NCBI GenBank assembly: GCA_031258135.1
Contig: JAIRNG010000022.1
Span: forward strand, 5,689 to 69,688
DNA length: 64,000 bases
Direction: 5' to 3'
From: Mediterranea sp.
Lineage (GTDB): Bacteria > Bacteroidota > Bacteroidia > Bacteroidales > Bacteroidaceae
Within the stretch, counting starts at the first letter, position 1. Each line of letters opens with the position of its first letter. Under the pieces are notes generated by a model. The model did not search any database. It saw only the letters and a program-made list of their open reading frames with translations, and was not told the DNA's origin. A program made the translations under genes and the position numbers. Of the stretch, positions 48,867-58,286 are shown in pieces.

Positions 48867-49616
48867 ATGGACCCGTTAAGTCTGCAGCACTGGATGGCTC
48901 ACCCGGAAGAACTGGATAAGGATACGTTGTACAAGCTCCGTACACTGTTGACCCGTTATCCTTATAGCCAGTCGTTGAGGCTGTTATATCTGAAAAACCT
49001 GTATTTACTGCACGACATTGCGTTTGGCGCCGAATTACGAAAATCAGCATTCTATGTTGCAGACCGCCGGGTATTGTTTTACCTGATTGAGGGTGATAAG
49101 TATCAATTGTCCGGGCATAAACGGGAAAGTTCTGTCGCGCAGGTACAACAAGAAGAACCGGGGCTTGACCGTACATTATCCCTGATCGATGCTTTCCTGA
49201 TGTCTGCTCCTGAAACAGATGCCCTGCAAGACCGGTTGGATTATACTATCGATTATATGGCTTCTTTGCCTGTATCCGCAGAGGAATCCGGTCACGACGC
49301 CCTGCCGCCGTTGAGGGGACAGGATTTGATTGACGAATTTATAGCAAAAGCGGAAAGCGGGCCATCAATGAAACTGAAACCCTTGGATGAGGAAGAAGAG
49401 GCTGCGCTTGAAAGGCCGTCGTTTGCTTATTCCGAAGAGGATGAAGAAGATACCTGCTTTACGGAAACTTTAGCCAGGATATACATCAAACAGCGGCGAT
49501 ATCCGAAAGCTCTTGAAATAATTAAAAAGCTAAGTTTGAAATATCCGAAAAAAAACGCTTACTTTGCAGACCAAATCCGTTTTTTGGAGAAATTGATTAT
49601 TAACACTAAAACATAA
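48867..49616 (+). CDS. TPR-containing protein
   Basis: FTETLARIYIKQ...KYPKKNAYFADQI C-terminus. Confidence 0.8.
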   Translation: MDPLSLQHWMAHPEELDKDTLYKLRTLLTRYPYSQSLRLLYLKNLYLLHDIAFGAELRKSAFYVADRRVLFYLIEGDKYQLSGHKRESSVAQVQQEEPGLDRTLSLIDAFLMSAPETDALQDRLDYTIDYMASLPVSAEESGHDALPPLRGQDLIDEFIAKAESGPSMKLKPLDEEEEAALERPSFAYSEEDEEDTCFTETLARIYIKQRRYPKALEIIKKLSLKYPKKNAYFADQIRFLEKLIINTKT

Positions 49617-49624
49617 GAACTAAC

Positions 49625-49981
49625 ATGTACTTATTATTAATCATTCTGATCGTTATTGCAGCCATGTTGATGTGCTTCATCGTTTTGATACAAAACTCTA
49701 AGGGTGGAGGTTTGGCTTCAGGCTTTTCATCATCCAATCAGATCATGGGCGTACGCAAGACTACAGATTTTCTGGAAAAAACAACATGGGTATTAGCCGC
49801 ATGCATTGTCGTGTTGAGCATTGCTACCGCTTATGTACTTCCTTCTTCTATCGGTAAAGATGGAAATATTATCATGGAACAAGCCCAACAGGAAGATCAG
49901 ACGAATCCGATGAACTTACCCGGATTTGCCACACCGACCGAAACGGCTCCGGAAGCATCTACAGATTCTACAGGCAACTGA
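49625..49981 (+). CDS. secG: Preprotein translocase subunit SecG
   Basis: VLIQNSKGGGL motif, two TM helices. Confidence 0.94.
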   Translation: MYLLLIILIVIAAMLMCFIVLIQNSKGGGLASGFSSSNQIMGVRKTTDFLEKTTWVLAACIVVLSIATAYVLPSSIGKDGNIIMEQAQQEDQTNPMNLPGFATPTETAPEASTDSTGN

Positions 49982-49994
49982 TAAAAAAGAAGGG

Positions 49995-50132
49995 AAGGAG
50001 TTAGCGCTTTGCGCAGGAGTTGAAGCTCAGATATTTTTAAGTTTTAACTCCCCTCCCCAAGAGCGTATCTTAAACTTTAACTCCTGCACAAAGCGCTAAC
50101 TCCAACTCCTTCCTCTTTTCCTTTAACTCCTT
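49995..50132. repeat. REP-like intergenic element (AGGAGTT/AACTCCT family)
   Basis: GGAGTTAGCGCTTTGCGCAGGAGTT (49997) is inverted to AACTCCTGCACAAAGCGCTAACTCC (50079). Confidence 0.8.
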
Positions 50133-50138
50133 ACATCA

Positions 50139-51530
50139 ATGAATCAATTTCATCAGACCATGAGAGACTCGGCGCTGCTGAGGTGGGCCACTCTTATTTT
50201 GATTGCATCGACCATGTTTTTTGCATACATGTTTGTAGATGTATTATCCCCTTTACAGACACTGGCGGAAACGCAGTTGGGCTGGTCGCCCGATATATAT
50301 GGAACCTTTGCCAGTTCCGAGTACTTTTTAAATGTATTCGTTTTTTTCCTTATTTTTGCAGGGATCATCCTGGATAAATTAGGTATTCGCTTTACGGCAA
50401 TCCTTTCAGGGGTTGTAATGATACTTGGCGGAGCCATCAAGTTGTATGCAATAAGTCCGTATTTCTCAGAGGGCAATGCGCTGTATGATTTTCTGAATTC
50501 ATTCTGGACGTCATTTCCCGCTACCGCGAAATTAGCTTGCGCCGGATTTGCTGTCTTTGGCTGTGGAGTTGAAATGGCAGGTGTCGTTGTTTCCAAAACG
50601 ATTGTGAAATGGTTCAAGGGGAAAGAACTGGCTCTCGCCATGGGGCTTGAGATGGCCATTGCCCGTTTGGGCGTGTTTGTCGTTTTCCGTTTGTCGCCGG
50701 TGCTGGCTTCATGGGGAGATCCGCTTGTTGTTCGTCCTGTGGCGGTTTGCTGTGGGCTGCTTTGCATAGGTCTGCTTGCATTTATTGTTTATTCGGTAAT
50801 GGATAAGAAATTGGATAAACAACTGGGTGCAGGTGCGGAAATAGAGAAAGAAGATTCGTTTAAGATCAGTGATATCGGTATTTTGTTTACTAGCAAAGTC
50901 TTTTTAATCGTGGCTTTCCTGTGTGTACTTTACTATTCAGCTATATTCCCGTTCCAGAAGTTTGCAACGAGTATGTTGGAGAACCGTCTGGGTATGACAA
51001 CAGACGATGCGTCGGCGTTGTTTTCCTGGTTCCCGATTGGAGCAATGGTGTTGACTCCGTTGTTGGGCTGGTTTCTTGATAGAAAAGGTAAAGGCGCTAC
51101 AATGTTGATATTGGGAGCCATATTGGTGTTTATTTGCCATACTGTTTTTGCTTTGTATCCCTTGCAACAAGGGAATACAGGCAGTATGTTCATTGCTTAC
51201 GGAGCGATTATCCTGCTCGGCATATCGTTCTCTCTTGTACCTGCCGCATTGTGGCCGTCTGTTCCCAAACTTGTGGAAGAGCGTTATTTAGGATCAGCTT
51301 ATTCTGTGATCTTCTGGATTCAGAATATCGGATTGTGGGCATTCCCGATCATTATTGGTAAGGTATTGGCCTGGGCTAATCCTGATGTAGGGCCCGGGAA
51401 CTATGATTATACCTTTCCGATGCTTGTCTTTGCGGGTCTGGGAATACTTGCCTTTTTATTGGGGCTCTGGCTGAAAGCGGAAGACAGGAAGTGTGGTTAT
51501 GGTCTGGAAGAACCGAATATAAAAGAATAG
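50139..51530 (+). CDS. MFS transporter
   Basis: About 12 TM helices; GIILDKLGIR MFS motif A. Confidence 0.9.
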   Translation: MNQFHQTMRDSALLRWATLILIASTMFFAYMFVDVLSPLQTLAETQLGWSPDIYGTFASSEYFLNVFVFFLIFAGIILDKLGIRFTAILSGVVMILGGAIKLYAISPYFSEGNALYDFLNSFWTSFPATAKLACAGFAVFGCGVEMAGVVVSKTIVKWFKGKELALAMGLEMAIARLGVFVVFRLSPVLASWGDPLVVRPVAVCCGLLCIGLLAFIVYSVMDKKLDKQLGAGAEIEKEDSFKISDIGILFTSKVFLIVAFLCVLYYSAIFPFQKFATSMLENRLGMTTDDASALFSWFPIGAMVLTPLLGWFLDRKGKGATMLILGAILVFICHTVFALYPLQQGNTGSMFIAYGAIILLGISFSLVPAALWPSVPKLVEERYLGSAYSVIFWIQNIGLWAFPIIIGKVLAWANPDVGPGNYDYTFPMLVFAGLGILAFLLGLWLKAEDRKCGYGLEEPNIKE

Positions 51531-51605
51531 TTCAGACCTGAAGGGTTACCCGATTCCGGAAAGACGGGTTTATAAAGTTTACAACTCCCTACCCAACAGC
51601 CCGTC

Positions 51606-51819
51606 CGAACGTATGATCTTACTTGTCCCATGTATATGATGTTGCCTATCCCATAGGTATGACAAGGGTCGTCTCATAGTATGATAACCCTTGTGTCATA
51701 GGTATGGTAAGGGTTGTTCCATACGTATGATACGGGTCGTCCCATACGTATGGGATGCCCCGTATCATACTATGGGATGACCTTCATCATACCTATGGCG
51801 AAAGTATTACATAAGTATC
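51606..51819. repeat. Array of CATA-N(1-2)-TATG palindromic nodes with 13-nt linkers (22-23 bp period)
   Basis: Nodes at 51629, 51652, 51675, 51697, 51720, 51743, 51766, 51788 and 51810; the first and last are degenerate. Confidence 0.88.
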
Positions 51820-51881
51820 GTGGAACGGTCATGGTATAACCTAACGGCTATGATCGTCGCACCTCATATTGGGACAGTTCT

Positions 51882-52934
51882 TTATTCCCGGTCAACTTTA
51901 ATCAACGCTCCGGTTACCGGATTAAATGTTACCTTGATCGTTGAGTTTTTGTTAAACAGCGCTGGGGCAAGATATTCAACCGTTCCGAATTGGGTTACGG
52001 GAAATTCTCCTTCGAATATCTTGTTGTTCTTATATACAATCCGTATGCCTGCTCTTCCGGGTACGTTGTAGGCTATGCCCGATACCCCTTTCTTGTCGTT
52101 ATCTTCGGGTAAGGGCGGCGGGGTCAGGCTTTTTATGGTGAGGTATACCGGTTCACCGGCAAGGTCATTGGCGGCAAGTACGCCTAATTTGCGGGAAAAA
52201 CGGAGGAAGACTTCATTGTCCTGCTCCCTGTCGGGGGTCAGTGTGATCGTAATAACTTTTTCTTCTTTGCTCCTGACCCCTGTGAAGAGTTCGAGCATTG
52301 CATTTTCTTGTTCATCAAGGACATTGAGCATCAGTTTCAGTTGCTCTCCGTCTTTAGGCATATTATCCGCCTGCCCGCGTACCAATGCGTTACGGCTTTC
52401 ACGGATATTGTAAATCTCTCTGGCGGTCAACTCAGCCATTTTGGCGGTAGAGTTCGCCATAAGAATTTCTTCTGTAAGGAAGTCTTTGGGATTCAGTGTC
52501 TTCTTTGCAGGTTTTGCTTGCTCTTTCTTTTCGGCGGGCGCGTTGCCGATGGGCATATTAATGGATTTAACGATACCGTCTTCAGTCAGTTCCATCAGTG
52601 GAGCAACGGTTTTGTCCTTCATCTTCACGAAATAAGTGTTCTTATTATCAGGTACACCAATAGATGATACCACCATGCCGTTCAGTTCCCAGTATTGTTC
52701 GGGTTCACCCGACACATCGGATAGTCGGAGGTAACGGTCGGCATACCGGCTGAACTCTCCGGGAGTATAAATGACCCGGGTAACTTTCACGTCGATTTTC
52801 ATTTCAGTTCTCGGAAGGGTGTATACCACTCCGAAATCTTTTCCCCGCGTAACTCCCGAAATCACTTCTGTCTGTGCGTAGACTGCGGTTGCAACAAACA
52901 ATAGGCTTACCGGTAATGCAATTGGCTTCCTCAT
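51882..52934 (-). CDS. DUF4831 family exported protein
   Basis: Signal peptide; YTLPRT, PGEFSRYADRYL, YNVPG, TQFG motifs. Confidence 0.8.
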   Translation of the reverse strand: MRKPIALPVSLLFVATAVYAQTEVISGVTRGKDFGVVYTLPRTEMKIDVKVTRVIYTPGEFSRYADRYLRLSDVSGEPEQYWELNGMVVSSIGVPDNKNTYFVKMKDKTVAPLMELTEDGIVKSINMPIGNAPAEKKEQAKPAKKTLNPKDFLTEEILMANSTAKMAELTAREIYNIRESRNALVRGQADNMPKDGEQLKLMLNVLDEQENAMLELFTGVRSKEEKVITITLTPDREQDNEVFLRFSRKLGVLAANDLAGEPVYLTIKSLTPPPLPEDNDKKGVSGIAYNVPGRAGIRIVYKNNKIFEGEFPVTQFGTVEYLAPALFNKNSTIKVTFNPVTGALIKVDRE

Positions 52935-53043
52935 AGTTGAATTATTTTAAACGGCTCTGCTATCTTTATTGTTTTTACTGTATGTTCAGTTCGCAAAGTT
53001 AATGAAGATATGGAACTTTGCGCTATCGGCCCGGTGAAAAAAA

Positions 53044-54018
53044 CTATAATCCGGCAGTCTGCCGCCCGCTGATATGTCTCCATGCCGCGGGTAGAAACTC
53101 TATGATGTCACTGGCGTTGAGAGATATGGCGCCATATTTCCGCAGGGCAAGATCGCCTGCCATGCCATGTACGTAAGCGCCGGCTTTAGCGGCCTCTTCA
53201 CCCATGTATCCCTGTGACAGCAAGGCCAGGACAATTCCTGTCAGTACATCGCCGCTTCCGGCCGTAGCCATTCCCGCATTGCCTGTCGGGTTAAAATAGC
53301 AGTTGCCTTCGGGGGTGACAACGGCGGAGTAATGCCCTTTCAGGACTATGTGTACGTCGGCCAGTTTTGCCAGCCCACGTGCTTTTGCCAGCCGTTCGTA
53401 TGGATTTTTGCTTTCACCGGTCAGCCTTTCCAGCTCCCCGGGATGCGGAGTTAATACGGAGTTTTTGGGTAATGCAGTCCATATATGCCTGTTTCCGGCT
53501 AACAGGTTGAGGGCGTCGGCATCAAGAACCAATGGACACTGGCTTGTTCGCAGTTGATGGAGCAGGGCGGCTTCGGTTTCTTTCGATTTACCCAGTCCCG
53601 GCCCGATCCCTACTGCGTTATAACGGCCCGTGTCCGTAGGCCCGGCAAAGCATTTTTCGTGTGCATCGGCTTCGACCATGGCTTCGGGGATGGTCGTTTG
53701 CAGGATATGGTTGTTGCAGGAAGGGGCATGTACGGTAAGCAGTCCTATGCCCGAACGCATGCAGGCCCGGGCGGCAAGTACGGATGCTCCTGCCATGCCA
53801 TACGAACCGGCAATTAACAGGGCATGCCCGAAGTTTCCCTTATGGGCGGAGTCCTTCCGTTGTTTAATCAGCGGGCGTATGTCCTCTTCTTCGGTCAGGA
53901 AGTAACCTGCTTCGGCTTGTTCCGCATCTTCGGCATTTAATCCGGTATCAGGGAGTTCCCCGCTGCCTGTATATCCGGCATACAACTCTTTGATCTGAGC
54001 GATTGAAAGTGTCTTCAT
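53044..54018 (-). CDS. nnrD: ADP/ATP-dependent NAD(P)H-hydrate dehydratase, lacking the epimerase domain
   Basis: HKGNFG, GIGPGLG, DADAL, LTPHPGE, MATAGSGDVL. Confidence 0.88.
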   Translation of the reverse strand: MKTLSIAQIKELYAGYTGSGELPDTGLNAEDAEQAEAGYFLTEEEDIRPLIKQRKDSAHKGNFGHALLIAGSYGMAGASVLAARACMRSGIGLLTVHAPSCNNHILQTTIPEAMVEADAHEKCFAGPTDTGRYNAVGIGPGLGKSKETEAALLHQLRTSQCPLVLDADALNLLAGNRHIWTALPKNSVLTPHPGELERLTGESKNPYERLAKARGLAKLADVHIVLKGHYSAVVTPEGNCYFNPTGNAGMATAGSGDVLTGIVLALLSQGYMGEEAAKAGAYVHGMAGDLALRKYGAISLNASDIIEFLPAAWRHISGRQTAGL

Positions 54019-54163
54019 CCTGTCGTTTTCTTTTTCCGGTATGCAAATATAACGTTATTATGCGCTTCCTGTTTGTGGAAAACAGATGATTTGTATGTTT
54101 TTTACCGGATATTTCTTCCGGTTTTGTATCTTTGTATCTATTACATACAAAACAGATTGACTC

Positions 54164-55702
54164 ATGAGTACACTGAAAGGGCATCCGAAGGGACTTTACC
54201 TGGTTTTCGTGACAAGCACGTCCGAACGTTTTAGTTATTACGGCATGCGTGCCATTTTTATCCTGTTCCTCACCCAGGCTTTATTGTTTGACAGGGAAGC
54301 GGCTTCATCCATCTACGGCAGTTATACCGGATTGGTTTATCTGACACCGTTGATCGGGGGTTATATCGCCGACCGTTGGTGGGGTATCCGGCGTTCTATC
54401 TTCTGGGGGGCGGTAATGATGGGCATCGGGCAGTTCTTCATGTTTGCCAGTGCGTCGGTATTAGGTCAGGCAGCCCTGTCCCACGGGTTGATGTATGCCG
54501 GACTGACGTTCCTGATTATGGGTAACGGATGTTTCAAGCCATCGGTATCTTCGTTGGTTGGACAACTTTATGAGCCGGATGACCGACGGATCGATACGGC
54601 CTACACCATATTTTATATGGGTGTCAACGTGGGCGCTTTCCTTGCCCCGTTGGTGTGCGGATATTTTGGTGAAACGGGCAATCCGGAAGATTTCAGATGG
54701 GGTTTCTTAGTTGCCGCCATCGTGATTGTATTGACATTGCTGATCTTTGAGACTCAGAAAGACAAGTATATTATTTCTCCTTCCGGCGAACCTTTAGGGC
54801 TTGTGCCGAAAAAGGCAAGCGTTGAAGAGGGTGGTAAACAAACGGGACGCCCGGCTTCCGCCGGACAGCGGAAGATGCGCCATGCATATATCCTTACCCT
54901 GTTGGCGGTTGCACTTGCAGGCTTGTTCTATTATTTATTCGGTGACGACTGGATTGGCATTGGTATATACACAGCTTGTATTGTTCTGCCGGTTACGATC
55001 TTGCTGGACGGTTCATTAACGAAAGCAGAACGGGACCGCATCTTTGTGATTTATATTATCGCCTTCTTCGTGATCTTTTTCTGGGCGGCGTTTGAACAGG
55101 CCGGAATGTCATTAACGCTGTTTGCCCAGGAGCAGACTGACAGGAATTTGTTGGGATGGGAAATACGGTCTTCCTGGTTTCAGTCTTTAAATCCGTTGTT
55201 TGTGGTGCTTCTGGCATTCGTCATGCCTGCTGTCTGGGACTTCCTGAATAAACGGAAGAAAGAACCGGCTTCGCCCGCCAAACAAGCCATCGGTTTACTG
55301 CTCCTTTCTTTGGGTTACCTCATTATTTGTTTTGGAGTGAAAGGCGTACAACCGGGTATAAAGATGAATATGCTTTGGCTGGTTGGACTTTACTTTGTCC
55401 ACACAATGGGAGAGATGGCCGTTTCGCCCATCGGTCTTTCCATGGTAAACCGTCTGACTCCCATACGTTTTGCATCTTTGATGATGGGTATATGGTATCT
55501 GTCGATGGCCACAGCCAATAAATTCGCCGGCCTGTTAAGCGGGCTTTATCCCGAAGAGGGAAAGGCGAAATCTATCGTTGGCATCCGGATAGAGACCATG
55601 TCGGACTTCTTTCTGATTTTCGTTGTCATATCGGGAATAGCAGCTTTGATTCTCTTCCTCCTTTCAAAAAAGTTGCAAAAGATGATGCATGGGGTGAAAT
55701 AA
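54164..55702 (+). CDS. POT/PTR family di-/tripeptide:H+ symporter
   Basis: ERFSYYGMR, GGYIADR, FYMGVNVG, QSLNP, SPIGLS. Confidence 0.93.
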   Translation: MSTLKGHPKGLYLVFVTSTSERFSYYGMRAIFILFLTQALLFDREAASSIYGSYTGLVYLTPLIGGYIADRWWGIRRSIFWGAVMMGIGQFFMFASASVLGQAALSHGLMYAGLTFLIMGNGCFKPSVSSLVGQLYEPDDRRIDTAYTIFYMGVNVGAFLAPLVCGYFGETGNPEDFRWGFLVAAIVIVLTLLIFETQKDKYIISPSGEPLGLVPKKASVEEGGKQTGRPASAGQRKMRHAYILTLLAVALAGLFYYLFGDDWIGIGIYTACIVLPVTILLDGSLTKAERDRIFVIYIIAFFVIFFWAAFEQAGMSLTLFAQEQTDRNLLGWEIRSSWFQSLNPLFVVLLAFVMPAVWDFLNKRKKEPASPAKQAIGLLLLSLGYLIICFGVKGVQPGIKMNMLWLVGLYFVHTMGEMAVSPIGLSMVNRLTPIRFASLMMGIWYLSMATANKFAGLLSGLYPEEGKAKSIVGIRIETMSDFFLIFVVISGIAALILFLLSKKLQKMMHGVK

Positions 55703-55750
55703 AAGAATCTGCAGGTATCTATCCAAATGTGTGTTGTTTTCATCTTTAAT

Positions 55751-55817
55751 AACGGATGGGTACGCGGATAACACGGATTTTCAATTTAGTTGTCCGCGTT
55801 TATCCGCTTCATCTGTT
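55751..55817. repeat. REP-like imperfect inverted repeat (CGGAT/ATCCG family) between convergent genes
   Basis: AACGGATGGGTACGCGGATAACACGGA ... TCCGCGTTTATCCGCTTCATCTGTT. Confidence 0.6.
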
Positions 55818-55859
55818 GAGGTGTTGTTGCTCTGTGTCGACCGATCCTTACCCCTACCT

Positions 55860-58259
55860 TTACAGTGTAATGCTGCAGGCTTTGCCATTGTAAGAGACTG
55901 TTTTATCTGCCCTTGCCAGAGTATCGCCCTTTCCGTTATCCTGATTTACGATGACCACCCTGAACTTACGTGATTTTAACATACCGGGAAAACTGCCTTC
56001 CCGGCTGCCGATAGTGAGTGTACGTGTAGCATCATTCCACCGGAAATAAATGGTGGAGTGTATTCCCTTCTCGTAATTGTAGTTGTCGTTTTCGTCTTCG
56101 TAGAGTACGAACTCCCCATCGGCTCCCGGATAAATACGTATTTCGAGGTTATCCCATTTCTTTTGGGTGGCATACTGCACTTTGGGACCGAAAGGGATAA
56201 GAGAGCCCGCCCGCACAAAGAGCGGGATTATATCTATCGGCGATTCTTTCTGTACGGTTTGTCCTCCCTTATACGTTTCGCCCGTCCAGAAATCAATCCA
56301 CGATGTACCCTCGGGTAAATAGACTTCCTGCATTTTTACCGTGCTAAAGTCTTCTACCGGATTTTTCCATTTTTCCTGCTTGCCGGAAACATACATTGGA
56401 TCGGTTACGGGAGTTACCAGCAATGCTTTCCCGAACATGAATTGATTGCCGATATGATGCACCTTGGCATCGTTGTTGAAATCCATCACCAAGGCGCGCA
56501 TCATCGATCTGGCATGGCCTGTTACCTGCCACGAAGTGGAATATATATACGGTAAGAGGGCATAGCGCAGGTTAATGTATTTTTCTTCCGAATCATAAGC
56601 CCAGTCGCCCTTTTTCCCCAGATTGTATATTTCTTTGGCTACGCCGCTGCCGTGCGAACGCTGCATGGAGGTAAACGTGGCATACTGAAACCAACGGGTA
56701 TACAACTCCTGATAGGCTTTGTTGGCAACGCCCCCTTCGTAATCCCACAGAAAAAAGCCGCCGATGTCGGTGTTCCAGTAAGGAATACCTGTGAGGGTAA
56801 AGTTCAATCCTGTAGGAATTTGCTTTTTAAGGACTTCCCAGGTTGAACGGATATCACCCGACCAAACATTGGTGGCATACCGCTGCTGTCCGGCAAAAGC
56901 CGAACGGGTGAGCAGTAAAGCACGCTTATCCGAAGTATAATCGCGCTGATTTTCGTACACCCCTTTATTAGCCATCAATGGAAAAGCATTGACTACGCTA
57001 CGGTAAGTACCTAAAGCCGTTGTAATGTCGTAATGTTTTTGGGTAAGATTGAAATGGTCAGGCTCGGTGGAGTCTGTCCACCACGCGTCGATACCCTTGC
57101 TTGTGAGGCCCTGATTCAGGTGGTCGGTAAAGATTTTGCGGGCAGCCGGATTGTAGGCGTCATACACCCTGACGCCTCCGGTCCGCGGCCATGTTTCAAA
57201 GTTGAATAAGGCATTCATTTTTTCCAGTTCCTTATACTGGCGGGTATCGGGACCGAAGGAAGCCCATATTGAAATCATTATTTTCGCATGATTCCGGTGC
57301 ACAAAGTCAATCATCTTCCGAGGTTCGGGAAACTTCGGGTTATCGAAGTTCATGGAGTTCCAGTTGGTGTCCGGCCCCCAATACTGCCAATCCTGAATAA
57401 TGCAATCCAGCGGTACGCCCAGTTCCCGGTATCTGGCCACCACATCCATTGTTTCCTGCTGCGATTTGTACCGTTCGCGCGACTGGAAGAAGCCGAATGC
57501 CCACAACGGATACATCGGCGCCTGTCCAGTAAGGTCGCGGATTTGTGCAATTACACCGTCAGCACTGCCGCCGTACATGAAATAATAATCGATACATTTT
57601 CCTACTTCTGACTCGAAGGACATTTCCTGCGGATTATCGGTAAAAGTTGTCGGTGAATGGTTGTCCCAGAACAGACCATATCCTTTCACCGACTGGATAA
57701 TGGGTACATAGGCATAACCGCCTTCGAATTGTCGCTGACGCATATACATTTTCTGGTTGCGCTGGTTCATGCGGTCGGTTTGTGTTTGCCCCAGTCCGTA
57801 AATGGCCTCGTTTTTCTCCAGAATAAAAGCCTGGCGCGGACTGTAGGTATCATTTCCGGCATCGTTGAACGCAGTGAACTGGGCTCCGTACTCTTTCTCG
57901 ATAAACAGCGTATCGCCCTGTTTATCGTTGAAAGTTATTTTCCCTGTTTTCGAATGATAGTTTACTTGTAAGGCACTGCTTTGGAGGGTAACCATATCTC
58001 CCTTCGCATTCACATTGAATTCCGTTTGCCCGGGTGCTTTTATAACGGACAGGCTTTCTTTTTTGTACTCCTTGTTTTCGGGCGTTTTGTACACCCTCAC
58101 CATTTGAGGTGAATAAAATTCTATCTGCACATCCATTCCCTGTGTATTGCTTTTGATACCTCGCGATGTACGTTGATACGTTTGGGCAGTTACACTTAAG
58201 GATGTAATCAATGCAATCAAGGCTGTAAATGTGAAATGTCTTAAAATTGTTACTTTCAT
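55860..58259 (-). CDS. GH31 glycoside hydrolase (alpha-xylosidase/alpha-glucosidase-like), secreted
   Basis: QDWQYW, WWTDSTEP nucleophile, WSGD, WNTDIGGF, YEDENDNY C-terminal domain; signal peptide. Confidence 0.92.
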   Translation of the reverse strand: MKVTILRHFTFTALIALITSLSVTAQTYQRTSRGIKSNTQGMDVQIEFYSPQMVRVYKTPENKEYKKESLSVIKAPGQTEFNVNAKGDMVTLQSSALQVNYHSKTGKITFNDKQGDTLFIEKEYGAQFTAFNDAGNDTYSPRQAFILEKNEAIYGLGQTQTDRMNQRNQKMYMRQRQFEGGYAYVPIIQSVKGYGLFWDNHSPTTFTDNPQEMSFESEVGKCIDYYFMYGGSADGVIAQIRDLTGQAPMYPLWAFGFFQSRERYKSQQETMDVVARYRELGVPLDCIIQDWQYWGPDTNWNSMNFDNPKFPEPRKMIDFVHRNHAKIMISIWASFGPDTRQYKELEKMNALFNFETWPRTGGVRVYDAYNPAARKIFTDHLNQGLTSKGIDAWWTDSTEPDHFNLTQKHYDITTALGTYRSVVNAFPLMANKGVYENQRDYTSDKRALLLTRSAFAGQQRYATNVWSGDIRSTWEVLKKQIPTGLNFTLTGIPYWNTDIGGFFLWDYEGGVANKAYQELYTRWFQYATFTSMQRSHGSGVAKEIYNLGKKGDWAYDSEEKYINLRYALLPYIYSTSWQVTGHARSMMRALVMDFNNDAKVHHIGNQFMFGKALLVTPVTDPMYVSGKQEKWKNPVEDFSTVKMQEVYLPEGTSWIDFWTGETYKGGQTVQKESPIDIIPLFVRAGSLIPFGPKVQYATQKKWDNLEIRIYPGADGEFVLYEDENDNYNYEKGIHSTIYFRWNDATRTLTIGSREGSFPGMLKSRKFRVVIVNQDNGKGDTLARADKTVSYNGKACSITL

Positions 58260-58286
58260 TCATTGTATTCTTTTAAATTAGGTGGG

